Source: Schmidtea polychroa (taxonomy: Eukaryota). Taken from it: a stretch of 64,000 nucleotides of DNA. The notes under the pieces are model-generated. The model did no database searches. It worked only from the letters and a program-made list of their open reading frames with translations, and was not told where the DNA came from. The DNA lies in the NCBI GenBank assembly GCA_044892525.1, contig CM097885.1:15254001-15318000 (forward strand), in the 5' to 3' direction. Positions 1 to 14,238 of this stretch are shown here, in pieces. Positions within the stretch are counted from its first letter, which is position 1. Every line of letters starts with the position of its first letter. Made by a program: the position numbers and the translations under genes.

Positions 1-242
1 TCATTAAATTTTCCTTTTCTTTTATTATACATAGGATGAAGCGGATTATAATTTAAGGCCTCTAATAATGTTTCCAATTTGAGAATTTTAATTTCCAAAA
101 ATAATGAGTCGGTGCTACAGCTACTATGTTAATCTCACAATTGAACTGTTCCCGATACTTGTGAACTTGTTTATATTGGAGCTCATGCATTCTTAGTCTG
201 AATAGGTCTAAAACTATTTCCCCGATATTCGATGGTCTATAC

Positions 243-1239
243 CAGCGGTGTCCAACAGAAATTTGATTGTAGCCACAATCGTCAATTTAGAAATTTTCAT
301 TCGCCACATTAAAATAAATTTAAAACAAAATGTTTTATAATAGTTTTTTATTTTAATCAATTTTAGGAATTACACAAATTTTTTTAATAACATTAAACAC
401 AAAATACAAAAATTATTTAATGTGATGCTTGGCAATTTTTTTCTTGCACAATACCCTTGAAATCTGGTGTAAACCTCACGCTAACTGCACATTTTAATTC
501 TGCCTCCAAATTTTCATCACTAATATTGGATCGGTATTTTGATTTTATGAAAGTTACAGCTGAAAAAGTAGATTCGCAAACCCAAGTTGTTCCAAACATA
601 CTCAATAGCTGAGTTGAGAACCACAAACTCATTTGACTTTAAGAGGCGTGTCCACATCATTAAAATAGATTCATCGTTTCTAGAATAATTGATCTGACTT
701 TGAAGTAAATTCATATCTGCTTCAAAATCACGTCGGTCCAAACTTAGCAAATTCGCGATATCTTTAGACAACTCAGAATTGGTGATGTCAAAATGGAAAG
801 GATCTTGCATCAGTTGAAAAGCAGGTCTAAATTTCTCAACATCAATAAAACGTTCTTCAAATTTTTCTTGTAGTTTCTGTAACCATCCGACATAACGCTG
901 TATATTAAAATTGGTATCTTCTTTATATTTTTCCATATTATCGAAATGCGTGAAATCATAATCTTTTAACTGTGTCACAAAAAGTTTTAATTTAGAGACA
1001 AATTCTCGTATATACTGTGCCAAATCACATATTAGCTTTCCTTTTCCTTGAAGTTTTAAATTTAATTCATTAATATGTAACGTTATATCAGTGAGAAAAA
1101 TTAAATCGCATTGCCATTCCTTATTTTCTATTTCAGAAAAATTGATAAGCATTTCTTTTTCTTGAAGGAAATTTCGGATGGGATTTAATAATGATACAAA
1201 TCGTTCCAAAACTTTACCACGACTTAACCACCGAACATT
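243..1239 (-). mobile_element. hAT (Charlie/Buster/SPIN-like) transposon, 3' part with frameshifted transposase C-terminus
   Basis: Minus-strand VRWLSRGKVLERF...LNLKLQG...KLKLF, then after a frameshift near 605 SMFGTTWVCESTFS...KSKYRS...QASH (hAT dimerisation domain). Terminal CAGCGGTGTCCAAC at 243. Confidence 0.85.
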
Positions 1240-1254
1240 TATTTTTTATTAATA

Positions 1255-1612
1255 AATTCAAATATTGATTTTTGCCTAAAACTAGCTGTTCTTTTTGAAG
1301 CTGCTAAATCACGAATACTTTTAAGACACATAAGTTTCACTTCTTTTGGTACTCAAAACACTTCATGGCGATGTCTAAACATTGAAAAGCTTCAGAGTGT
1401 GAGGGCCCAACATCTTCGCCGATTTCGTCTCCATCATCTTCTCGATCTTGTTCATCTGAGGCTACTAATTCTTTCATTATTTCATCATCATTTAAAATTT
1501 GAAATCCACGATCGTTTGCATCACAATTTAACCATTCGGTTACATCATTTTCATCACATTCTGCATATATTGAAATTTGTGTTATTGTTTCCGCAATGTC
1601 TCCTGTATCCAC
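1255..1612 (-). mobile_element. pogo/Tigger (Jerky-like) transposase C-terminal remnant
   Basis: CDENDVTEWLNCDANDRGFQILNDDEI...PSHSEAFQCLDIAM, continuing out of frame as CLKSIRDLAASKR; typical Tigger/Jerky tail. Confidence 0.7.
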
Positions 1613-1829
1613 AGAATATCCAATTAGATCAGTACTGCTGAAATGACGAAATTTAACAGAAATCGTTTATAAATACGTGGAACTGTATTATTATAGTGCA
1701 AATATACTATAAAGTATACGACATTATGACGAATGAGATATTGTCGGAACAAAAAACAATCTGGACAATCGAATATCCTGACTTTATTATTGGTCATTTT
1801 TTGTTTTGGGTTTGATTTATATATTAATC

Positions 1830-2429
1830 TAAAAAACTAGTTAAATATAAATATAAAAAAAATATTCGCTTACTACCTGCAATAAATTTAATTGATAAAT
1901 ATACTTAAATTTGAAATTATGATTAATTAATTACTGATTAGTTAATTATTGTTAATAAGTAGCAAAACCATTATTGTTAATAAGCAACTAAAAAGTTCTA
2001 GAATGTTTTTGGCAATAATTTTTAAATATGTAACTAAAAAATAATTTGTTTCATGTCAAGTTAAGTTAACTAATAAATATGATACTTATATGATTATTAA
2101 ATAGATAATAAATATAATTAAACATTTAAAAAACTAGTTAAATATAAATATAAAAAAAATATTCGCTTACTACCTGCAATAAATTTAATTGATAAATATA
2201 CTTAAATTTGAAATTATGATTAATTAATTACTGATTAGTTAATTATTGTTAATAAGTAGCAAAACCATTATTGTTAATAAGCAACTAAAAAGTTCTAGAA
2301 TGTTTTTGGCAATAATTTTTAAATATGTAACTAAAAAATAATTTGTTTCATGTCAAGTTAAGTTAACTAATAAATATGATACTTATATGATTATTAAATA
2401 GATAATAAATATAATTAAACATTTAAAAA
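1830..2429. repeat. Near-identical direct tandem duplication, 297 bp x 2
   Basis: AAAAAACTAGTTAAATATAAATATAAAAAAAATATTCGC starts at both 1831 and 2128, and the copies match throughout. Confidence 0.95.
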
Positions 2430-2435
2430 TTGCTC

Positions 2436-2802
2436 TTAAAAATAATATAAATGTAATTCCTTTATATATTTCCAGTTTTCATTTTCTTTGATCCATGGAT
2501 AAATTTTGATAATTTCTTGTACTGACCAGATTAAATAGTTTTGATGTTCATTTGGACAAGAAATAAGTATTTTTCTAATGCACATCAAACTGAAGATAAC
2601 TTTAGACCAACGAATACCATTTTCAAACAATGATTCAAAGACATCTTTGAATGCTTTTTCCTTATCCGTGTCAGTTTTCGGTATTAGAATTGATATCATA
2701 TTGAGACTCTACTTCTTTTATTATTTTATTCAAACAGTGTACTATTTGATTATCACTTCCATAAACCAAACCATTAATAATTGTTATTATATAATAATTC
2801 AT
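2436..2802 (-). pseudogene. Compact intronless Bcl-2-family-like gene (~121 aa) with a 1-nt frameshift
   Basis: ATG at 2802 gives MNYYIITIINGLVYGSDNQIVHCLNKIIKEVESQY (BH3-like). After a shift near 2676 it reads FKDVFESLFENGIRWSKVIFSL (BH1-like) and PWIKENENWKYI (BH2-like). Confidence 0.6.
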
Positions 2803-5800
2803 TGTACAAATATTTATAATGAATATTTTGATTGGTTAATACAAGACTTGTGCAAATATTTAATTAGTTGATAAAATAAATTCATCAAATCAAAAGAGAT
2901 GTGTATACAGCATAAAATTTATTATTTCAAATGTTAAATATGAAAAATATTAAAAAGGAGCATCCACTATTTAAACAAGTTTATGTTTTTCATGAACAGC
3001 AGATGCATTTGCTGATCAACCCAAACGAGTTTAATTTGACAAGTACAACTGAACTAGTGAAAACCAGTTACAATTACTGGATCGAAGAATTGAAAAAGGT
3101 TTTACTACAATATTTGGACGAGTCAACAACTAACTTTTAATTAATGAAAACGGATCATTATAGGTGGGCCATCATCAAAATTTTAATATGAAGAAAAGAA
3201 ACAAATTCCATTAAAGTCAAATGTGAAATTGAATCTGAAAATTCGTATTCAGGGCTATAAAACAGCCCCAAGTACAGCCACATTACCTATAGGGAAGATT
3301 ATAAGTGGAAAATTGGCACTAAATTAGTTGTGTGTTACATATATTATTATTAGAAATTCTTGTTGTTATGATTTAGAAATTATTTGGTTGTTATAATAAA
3401 ATTTAAATTCAAATTGTAAATCAATATGTTTAACCATGCTTTCATTAATATTGGCAAACATTAATTACAAATAGTTTGGTTTTAACCCCTTTTGTGATTT
3501 GCTCGAACACAATTCGGGTAGGTATTTTGCTGACACAACGATTTGCCCTAACTGGATTCGGCCAAATCGTACACGAAACTTTTTATAGTGATTCGCTCGT
3601 GAGCAACTCGAGTCATTCCCCACCAGTCTAAAGATCGCATCGCGCTCGTTGAGTGACACGTATTGTAATTTTATCTTTCGAGAACAATTAGTCCAAGAGG
3701 TTGACCAGAGAAGTGGTTAATAAATGTTTTTATGTCTTGACGTGTCAAAAAGAAAATAATTTCAAAAATTTTGAATTTCACACGCAGATATTTTAATTTT
3801 AAACAAAGATTCAAGATCACTGTTATGAATTACATCTGTATCAAAATAATTGGTATCAATATCACTATTCACGTGGGCTCTATATATTAATATAATGAAT
3901 ATTTAAACAAAAATTCATTTTTGACCAATAATAATTTGAATAATGATTCAACATCCCCATTCAAAACTACTAAAGAAAGTTGAAAGTTCCACAAAATGTC
4001 TTGATTTTGAGTTCAATAAGTTTTTTATAAAATCAATTATTGAAAGGTCTTTGCTCTGTCTTGATTAATTAATTTATTATCATCTGTGTTTAATATTCAC
4101 TTTCTCTAATCTAATTTTTCTCTTTGTTCCACCTCTTCATTGAAATTTGGCATTTTCCCGTAATTATACATTTTCATTAAACTAAACTGTGGCAAAATTT
4201 TTTTTACCAATTTCACCACTCATTATTTTTTTCTATTGAATTTATTAAAAAGAAAGCTTGAAAACTATAAATGAGTAATATATCGATTTTTCGGCACTGC
4301 TTTTTTCAAGTGAATTATTTGATTACTTAATTACTTGAATTACTTAATAATTCATATTACCCAATTGTTCACAATTGTTCACTTTTCTTTATCGAGTGAT
4401 TCAATTTCATAACGATTTCTCTTTAAAATTATTAAATTATACTAAATATTAAAATGTGTTTAATTAAATATTATTTATTGATTCGAAATTTAGCTTCAAT
4501 CAATTTGACATTTTTATTTCAATATTATCTATAAATTGACTTTTCACTATCGATTGATAAATAATTTTTAACTAATTGAAATTATAAGGAATTCTAGCTT
4601 TTTATTGGCCGGCAGTTTTTAGCCAAATGCGCGATAACTCGTTCGATTCGGCGGATGTATATATGCACAATAACTGATAGTGGTCCATGATATATGAATG
4701 CTTATGAATATAAAAGTCAGAAATTGCACTTTGCACATTTTTTTTGCTCATAAAAATCACTAATGCGAGATAACTAGTTCGATCAGCATACGGAAACTCA
4801 TTTCGCTAGATCGCAACACTGGTGCTATTTGCTAGGGTGGGATATATGCGCGATAACCGATAGTGGTCCACAGGGCTCCTATCTACCTATTCAGTATTGT
4901 AGTACTGTTCTCGCAGTTCCTTTGAATATATTAAGATATTGTCTAAATATACAACAGGTAAATATACAACAGGTTCATTTCCCTTAAAACCGCGTCCAAC
5001 GGCTTTTCTAAATTCGCTGGAGACTGCCATTCTTAATGACAATTTTTTAAAATATTATTGTTTATTTTTATATTGGAAAATGCTCATACAATTGAACTTG
5101 ATTATAAGCATTTCTCGTATTGATTTCACTAAATTATTTACCTTTCTTAAATCATCAAAAAGTTCATTGGTATTCGGAATATGGAACATGTGTTGTTCTA
5201 TTACATTGTACAGTGCTATAAAGTTCAATTATAAGTCGTTTTTATCCTTTTTCACATATACTGTTAAATCTAAAACGGATATTGTCTACAGATTCATTGA
5301 AGCATGACATTCATCTTTGAAATTATATTGAAGTAAATGTCCAAAAAAAATTTAAAACACTGCATCAATTTCTGCTACTCATATACAAATCACTCTTCTT
5401 TAATCCGTATCAAATACTTCTCCTTAATTTTCAAAGTTATTTTCAATATCTTTTGTCATTATTGCTATGGTTATTCGTCTACTTAGATTCTCTCTAATTA
5501 TATTCCTCTTTGACATCGAACCATAAACAATGTCTTTCAGAACTGGAATGATATTGAGACAGCAAATACTGCAAACCATTGGTAAACACTGCATTAATGC
5601 TATGTTTCACAGAGTAATTACTACTCTCGCATGTGACCACATTTGAGTCACATAAAACATTTTGATCAAAGTTTCGCCATCTACGCCATTGAACTCCTTT
5701 TCTCCATCAGAAAGCAATTAAACATTTTCCATTGGTAAATATGTCTGATCTTTTGTAAACTTGACCATCTTTAATTCAAACAATTAGAAACCTCACTAAA

Positions 5801-7723
5801 ACAAGACCATTCAAAAATTTATTTAAGAAACCAAATCACAAATTTCAAAAAAAATCAACTTCCAAAAAATTTATATCAATTTAATTTTATAATTTCAAAC
5901 AAAAACATCTCAAAATTACAGAATTCTTCATAAAACTTAAAATTACAATTTTTAAGCAAAATTAATATAAAAATCGCATTTGGACCTGAAATGTTTGAAC
6001 ATAATGTATTAACTCTGGTAAACCTAACACCAATTGTGGTGTTAATTACCCTTATAATTATAAATTATTCTCAAATTGATTTATTCAAAACATGTTTTTA
6101 TTGATATTATACAAATCTCCACAAGGAAATTCTATCATTTTAGTAATGTATAAATAAGGAATTTAACCAACAGCATCTATCAATAACATTAATTTAATCG
6201 ATCATTAAATTTATACTTGAGAATTTGCTTTGATAAGTTTTCTATTTTATCTCAACAATCATTTACAGTTTCATTTCCTTGATAATATTGAAGAGTTTAA
6301 TTTTATTAAATTATGTTTTCACAGTAATTAACTAGAATTAATACTTAGTAAGTGAATGTCAAAAGTTCAATAATTGCGCATTTCTTGATGCCAAATTTTC
6401 ACGATATATACAATTATGAATACCGAAAATAACAATACTAATAATTACAAATGCCAAATGAAAAAAAATACTTATCTTCAATTTACTGAATATTTTGATA
6501 GACTAAAGATCACTTAGTATATACAAATCATCAATAAAACAGCTTTTAACTTTATTGACTAAATTCGACTTGATTTCATAATCTTCATTAGATGACTTGA
6601 TAATTTCCCATTGATTGCACGCACAATTATCAACATATCCTGACTTTGGCACAGCTATCATAAAATAAATTAAATTTCCTATAATCACTAATTCATTTTC
6701 AAATTAAAAAATCCTTACTGCCAATAATTTTAACAACCAACAACTTATTTCTAAACACTTCAAAAAAATATAGAATAATTTCCAAAATTATTGCCATTTA
6801 ATTTTTTCCAAAAATAATCTTAACTTAAAATTTGATAGACAAACTGCAAATTTAACTAAAAAACTAAATCGCGCATAAATGCAACGTAAAATAGTTCATG
6901 TTTGTGTTCCACGGTGTTTAACGTGTGACTGCAGTAGCATATTCCTTCCCAATTACTCTACAGAAACTTATTATTTATATTATCATTATCTCTAACTATT
7001 CTTTGAAAATTTCTACAGTGATTTTTGGTGGTCCAGTTGTCTAACTTTTATTCAACAAATATTAAAAAATACCTTTATTCGCCAAGGGCGCCTTTCAATA
7101 ATAGTCCGACCGAAGTAATTATAATAATAATTTTGCAATATTCCAGACCTGAATAATTCACGATTTCGTACTTCCGATCTTCGCTAGTTAATTTTCTTTT
7201 GTTTAGTTATTGCTTTATTAACTCATTTTGATTCTATGGTTATTTTCGTATTGCTTAGTTATTCCTTAGTTTACTTATTTATTTTCGACTTTTTTTATTG
7301 ATTTGAGATTGGATTTCTTATTTTTAACTTTTGAAAATTATAATAAAAAAATAATAACAATAAATGCATAATGAAAATAAAAATTCACATCATAAACCAG
7401 ATTAAATCATAAAAGGGAAAAATTCCAAATTACAGATTGCATAATAAAATCGATTTCGAATACAGCATCACAACTCGCTCGAATACAAGCATTAACAAAC
7501 ATAAAGCCCCGACACACACTACATCAACAAACTAGCATAAACTAAGGCATACATACTAAAAACACACCCATAAAAGACATAGGCCTCTGATTGGATGCAC
7601 ACAGCGTCTATAAGGGAAATACTCCACTTACTCCGAAATAGATACAATTGCCTCAACACTTATCTATTTATAACCTATTTCAACGAACAAGTCCTTTTCT
7701 ATATTTTTTAGTTTTTTCCTTAA

Positions 7724-8712
7724 TGTTGAGGATACCTAAATGATAATTTATAAAGAAATAAATAAAATTACCTGGGGAAGATCGCCATGACAAACGGGAC
7801 GATCTATTGGAACTCAGAAAAAAAACGGAAGTAAAAAGAAATTAAAAATGAGAAAGATAAAGGAAATAAAAGGAATCAAACAGGAAAATGAAAACCAAGG
7901 TCAGTATTAATTAATTAGTACAAAAAGGAAAAGGAATTTTGAAATCAGGGAAAAAGGAAAAACAACAATATCCTTATCTCGACAGCTTGCTAGTGATAAC
8001 AGAATTGATGGTAGAAGGCGGTCAAACAAAACAGGGAAAAAGGGAAAATAACTTGACAGCTCTCAGAGATAAAATGGGGTAGTCGGGGAAAGCAGGAGAA
8101 AGGAAATGGAAAACACTTGATTATCTGGAGTGCCACAAGAGAAGCGAACTATATAAGGGAAAACTGGTGGACATGAAAAAAAGAAGAAAATTAGAGACAA
8201 AGTTACGCGAAATTGAAATTAATTTGGAAGACGATTTGAGAGCCGATTTGAGAGATAAAATTATTGGAGAAAATAAGACGTTGGAGGAAACGTTGTTGGA
8301 CAAACGATTGTCAAAATAATTGTAAAGGAAATAATTGTGGAGAATAATTATAGGAGAATAGTTGAAGAAAAGAATTAGTTGAAAAATAAAACGAAAAGAA
8401 ATTTGATTATTCGAATAAAGTTGTGAAGAAAGTCAAGGAAAACAACCAACTCAAATCCCAGTTTAGAAACCAATCAGTAATTTGTGATCTTTTAATCCGG
8501 TGTTATACACAAGTGCTATTCCTCAGCGAATGTTGTAATAAGCATTGTATAGTCCCAAGCAGAGTGTTGAATTTATTGCCAGTGTAAAGAGAAAGATTAT
8601 TTGTGATTAGCAATAATGATTTCTGTTGTCAAGTGTTATTTGTGAATCGTATAAAGACACGCTTGGAGTCAGAGTAACATTTAAAATTTATCACCAACTC
8701 AATAACCCAACT
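7724..8712 (+). mobile_element. Solo LTR-like element (Gypsy-type family)
   Basis: Starts TGTTGAGG and ends GGAGTCAGAGTAAC...AACCCAAC, the same layout as copies at 56802 and 58602. Confidence 0.55.
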
Positions 8713-9849
8713 TTATTTTACCACAAATCGAGAAAATGAATAAAAAAATATCTTGCTGATTTCTTTTTGCAACTTATAGAAGACTTAATAAAATTCAATT
8801 CAAGAAATCATTGCGCTTTGTACTTGATATACTATAAAAGAAAACTAAATGTGTTAATCAGTAAATGAAATAGATTTATCGCAATGTGCAATTTGTGGAA
8901 ATAAATCTATAAAGCAAATTCAATTTTGAAAGCATTAGAAACTAATCATGTTTTAACAAAGTTAAAAACATTCAAAAATTTTTTTTAAAGAAAATGAAGG
9001 AAAGGTACATATTCTTTATCTCAGTCACTTGACAAAACTAACAATATATTAAAATAGAAGTATATATTATAAAGAAACTTTAATAACTGGATTTAAAAAT
9101 ATTTTCTTAATAATTCAGTGCGTGTGTGTGAGTACATGTGGGAAGCTTGAGTAAAAAATGATGATCCACTGGGAAAGATCATTTGAGATATGGTAATATT
9201 TTGGCCTTCTGCCTAATTCCCTGATCAAAATTTCTTTTAAATATATACTTCGCTTTCAATATTTTGTTTTTACGAAAAATATAGTTGGCGGGTGGATAAA
9301 GGATAAGTGAATTTAAAGCCTATTGTTCCAATTTGACAACATTTGTTTTAACATAAAATTTATTGGAAATTCTCCTTATAATAAAATATTGCTAAGTCGA
9401 AAGAAGCTATAGTATTAAAGAAATTCTTAAAACTTTAAACACTTTAAATTTTCTGCCAAGAACATACAACAAAATTAAATAAGGGTTCATAAGACGTCAA
9501 ATAAGTTTTCTTTCTGCTGGAATAGAAATGCACCTAATACAAAAATACCCGTATTATACCATACAACCCGACGAATTAACTGATGGATCTGTTACATCTA
9601 GAGACGTCGTCATTAAAATTTCAAATATTTATTTAAAACACAATTAGAAATACTTTTTTTCTCCTAATCCATATTTAAAACAAACAGAATTATTAAACAA
9701 ATTCCTCTCAATATATATTTTAATTTTAGAAATATTAAAATATATAGAATATTAAAAGTACTTTTTAAAATTAAATGTATATAACTCTTCTTCCTTTTAA
9801 AACTCATGCCACTTCTTTAGCTTTTAAATTCTTCTCTGTTTCCAAGTAT

Positions 9850-10450
9850 TTCTCTTTTAAAGTTCCACTTCGTGTGGAAAGATAAGTTTCATATTTCTGA
9901 ATGATCCTTCGTATTGCATACTGTATTTATCCCTATTTGGCGTTCTTTTCTCACTAAAACTTAATCCCCCACTTCAAATTGTCTGTTACCTCTTTCTTTT
10001 CCATCCATGTTTCGCATTCTGTATTGTGTTCTGCTGTCGATTTTACGTCTTCCCAGGATTTCGACACTTATTCTAACGTATAATGCAGGTTGATTTTCCT
10101 TTCAAAAATTATCTTATATGGAGATAATCCCGTCGTACTTTTTTGGATTATATTTTTTTAAACTAGATCTTCGGCAGTAATACTGCCCAGTTCTTTTTTT
10201 ATTCTAAAACTATCTGATCATCTTGAGGTGAAGTTGTATTGAGCGTGTCTAATATACTGAATCTATCAATAATTACGATTACACTGATACGTGTTAAATT
10301 GTTTTGGGAATGAGCAAAAATGTTTTACTATATTTTGTGGGTTTTGCCATATTTGTATAGTTAGATGTTGAAATTTCAACATCTAATGCAAAGGTTTTGG
10401 AATAAAATTTTCTATTGTCATATCAGGAATAACTTTTAATACACCCTCTA
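9850..10450 (-). mobile_element. Degraded Ty3/Gypsy integrase C-terminal remnant
   Basis: Broken minus-strand frames ending in a GPY/F-like QYEGSF; many stops. Confidence 0.35.
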
Positions 10451-11609
10451 TCGTAATTATTTTTACTAAAATGTCTTATTATTAGTTTGATAATTTTAAA
10501 AGAAGTATTGCTTTCTTGAGTTTTTGGATTTTTTTTAGGAACATTCGTTATTAAGGAAACTAGTGGTATATTGAGACCTTCAAGAATTAAGAATCACTCA
10601 ACCATATTTATTAAGCTATTCTAGTGTGATTTTCCTTTTTTTTCAATAACAACCACTTTCTAAAAGATGAAATTTTTCACTGGAGATTTTTTGAATAACT
10701 ATTTTTCTTACTGTATCGATGGTTCCACGAATATCTTCTACTAACATCGTTTCTTTCAACTCAACATCCTTTTCACTGTCGTATAAAAATCATTTTCAAT
10801 ACTATTATCATCTTCTCCATTGTTATAAGATGAAAGAATCTGTGGTTTTCTCAAATTTGACTATCTATCAATTGAAATACTAACCTTCATACTTTAGTTT
10901 TTCAATATTATATTTAGTTCAATTTATTTAAATCTCATCTTTTAACCTAATGTATGTAAATTAATTCACAAACACTTGAAAGTTTTTTAGGAAGAATAAA
11001 ACCTTCATCGTATAGAATCACTTAGTTATTCCATTTATTAAAACGCCATCAACTGTAGCACATTTTGCAACCAATTAGTTCAGAATTTTATCCAACGAAG
11101 TTTTGATTTTTGGTTGCGAGCATAATATAATCTCAAAGTCATTTGTAGTGGCTTTTCTTTTCATACCATGAACACCTTCAAGATGTCAATACAATGCTGT
11201 TGAGGAATTTTTGCATTCAAGTTTTTTTTGCGGATAGTTGTCGATTCACTATCTGATTTTTTGTAATGTTTAAATTATTATTAATTAGTTTAAATTAATT
11301 ATTAAGTTTACCTATCCAACTTATTTCTTAACATTTATTTATTTGCCAGTTGAAGAAATATAATTGACGAAACGAGAGGATGAATTGATAAATAATAAAA
11401 TAATTATGAATACATATAGCTTCCAGTTGTCGTGAATACTTAACCTAATTGTAAAAACTAATTAAATTTGCAAAATTTGAATTAAAAATGTTTTGTAACT
11501 TCTAAAGAACAGCAATCTCGATTTTTCCAAATTACCGAATGAAAATTTCTAGAGAAATAAGAATTAAAATATTTCATTATTTCTCGAGAATAAACTCGAC
11601 GTGGAATCA

Positions 11610-12448
11610 CTATATTGGTATTTGTACAGACGGAGTTGCGGTTATTGCTAGAAGACATAAAGGGTTAAAAGCATGATTGCAATTCTTTATTTCCTTCACC
11701 AACAGCAATTAGCTATTAGGGATTTGAATGACGCTGTAAATGAGATTCTCTACCTGAATGACGAAATGGTAAATTATATTTGGAAAAGTCCAAAGTGCAA
11801 AGAATCTAATTTTACAGTTATTTCAGATGACTTTCAAGAGGAAAGGTTTTTAAAAAGAATATTTTAACTAAGCGCTCGAATTAGAAATTTGTTTTAAATG
11901 ATGTAAAATATCTAACAGACAAATATTTTAAAAGTCATATTTGGATTGCTAAAGTTGGTTATTTGGTTGACATTATTTTATTGATAAAAGAATTAAACTT
12001 ATCAAACTAGCTAGGAACTCAAAATAATCTCTTCGTTTCATACAATAATAAAATAGACATTTATTTACAAAATTGGGATTTGATCAGTAAAGTCGAAAAT
12101 AATCATTTTAACATGTTTCCTTGCTAATTGCATATATTGAGTTCGTAGATTCATAATCCTTTTATATAATCCACCTGAAACAATTCACCATTATTCGACA
12201 AGGAAAAACTAAATGAATAGCCATCTGAAAATGTTGTACAAATGTAAAATGTTTCCGAAATATGTAATTCGCAGGAAATTGTTCTCAAATTGTTTTCTTT
12301 CAATCTTTAATTTTATCCTATGTATTTCAAAATAACAATTCTTCATATTAATAAAACTATATTTACATGAATGGCTCAGTGAAGGGTTGCGGTAATATCG
12401 TGGAAATTTTATAGGGTGGAAAGGACTAAGGGTTTGAGAAAGGCTATT
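11610..12448 (+). mobile_element. Degraded hAT (Buster/ZBED5-like) transposon
   Basis: IGICTDG, HQQQLA and WIAKVGYLVDI...ELNLS fragments; ends in a TIR-like GGTTTGAGAAAGGCT. Confidence 0.6.
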
Positions 12449-12849
12449 CTAGCATGTCGTTACTCGATAAATTGGTGTAACATCGCAAATAGGACTAAAT
12501 ATTTTTAACATTCGTTTTGAAATTAAATTTTCATTTTTGAATAAGCACCATTTTGATTGTCAAAGCCAAAGTAATTTACAAAAATATCTACATAATTTAA
12601 AATTTTGAATAGAGTACTAATTGAATTAACGCATTTTGAAACAAATAAATGATATTAAAATAAATATTAAAGTAAAATATGTTAGCAAAATTAATTTCAA
12701 AGGACTTGAAATATTACAATTGTTATTAATTTTATATATATTTCAAATTCGGCACACCTTGTCAAGGAATCCCTTTTATAAAATGATTTAGTAAATGTGG
12801 AAACGTGATTTGAATTTGTCTAGTTCTAGTAACCGTCTTATTGTCTGGT

Positions 12850-13270
12850 AACAATACGAAGTTAAGAGTTCCAACATGACAAACACAGTACATAATCTAT
12901 CTTCCACATACACTGATTTTGAGACCGGTTTTGATTAGGGATATTTACTATCCCATTGTCTTTTTGAACGACGTCTTTAGAAGTAATTTCATTTTCATTT
13001 CCAGTAAAAATGTCTACCCAAAAATAGTTTATTTCTTTCTGATAAAATAATTTCTTTTCGCTTTTATTTGTTGGCCAAGTTTAGTGCCAATCTTCTTTTT
13101 CGAAGTGAAAATTTATGATTGATTGGCATATGTTTAAGTTTTTTGTTAACTACATACTTTTCCTTAGGTTTTGCCCAATCACGATCTTTAAAGCGCCATC
13201 GAAACCTGATGAGCATCTTGGCCATGGTTCTTCTGGAACGAAACTTTGGGATCAGAATTCTTTTACGGCC
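12850..13270 (-). mobile_element. Possible Tc1/mariner transposase remnant
   Basis: Basic HTH-like stretch (RKRRLAL), then out-of-frame IIFSERNKLF...FYWK and GKIMYCV resembling the IFSDE/VMVWG regions. Confidence 0.3.
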
Positions 13271-13479
13271 CAATAATATAAATATAAAAATTTAAAAATA
13301 TAAATATGAAATCCCAATAATTGAATCTATATTAATGAAATTTGTATAGATAAAATAATTTTAAAAAGTTATTAAAAAACATAAAAAACAAACTATCAAA
13401 ATCAAGAAATTTTTTAAATCTTTCGCTTCTGTTGTTAAATTACTAAGTAAAATAGACTAAAAATTCAAAACTCAAGTTC

Positions 13480-13900
13480 GTCTCAACACCTTTGTGTCTT
13501 TTTATCTCAAGTTTTGATTCACTATTAAAACTTTACAAATTGTCAACGAAGTTATAATTGTAGCAAACAGTTTTATGAACAAAACATTTTTTTACCAATC
13601 AAGTATAAAATTTGTGTTCATCGGTGTAAATTGTACTTCTGCTTACTACCTTTTGACAAATGATTGGAATTCTAGCGGAGGCCTCTTTGTTAGGTATAAC
13701 AACTGCAAAGGCTTCCGCTTTACTCATAGCCAATATAACAACAATGAGTGCATTAGTTCTATTATGAGTAGAACAGCCTTGATACGACTTACATTTAAAG
13801 TTCAACATCGTTTCAGCAGCTTTTACGAACATACCCGGAACTCCAAATTTGTTTTCTGCTAAATTTTTTTCATTTTTACTATTAAATCTATCACTTATTC
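13480..13900 (-). mobile_element. Merlin / IS1595 (ISXO2-like) DDE transposase remnant
   Basis: AVVIPNKEASARIPIICQKVVSRSTIYTDEHKFY*LVKKCFVHKTVCYNYNFVD matches the ISXO2 pattern (I.TD...Y..L...GF.H.TVNH...FVD). Confidence 0.7.
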
Positions 13901-14238
13901 ATCACAAAGCCTTTGTGATACAGTCTTTTTTAATATTGAGTGCTTAGACTGATCAGTAGAAAAAGCAATAAGAAAGGGCTGTAAATGAATTCAGATCCAA
14001 ACTTTGTAAAACCACCTCTGAGCTTATATATTTAAAATCACTCCATTGTCTTATACATCACGTTGATGTAGCGTTATTATAAGGTCAATGTTATGGTATA
14101 TGCAATTAACTTTTATCTTATCTTACTTCAAAAGTGAATTTAAATATCCAACTTAATAATATTGAGACAATTTTCTAATAGCCACTAAAATATTTTCGAC
14201 ACATGAAAAATAATTAGACAATTCTTGGAAAACACTTA

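Noticed and set aside
3481..3660. GC-richer patch reading CPNWIRPNRT as a possible torsin first exon
   Set aside because: The splice sites I tried lead to stops, and no signal peptide or LFGQ continuation follows.
4900..5770. Possible gag-like or host coding remnant (similar patches at about 17200-17800 and 29640-30480)
   Set aside because: Multiple stops and no motif I can name with confidence.
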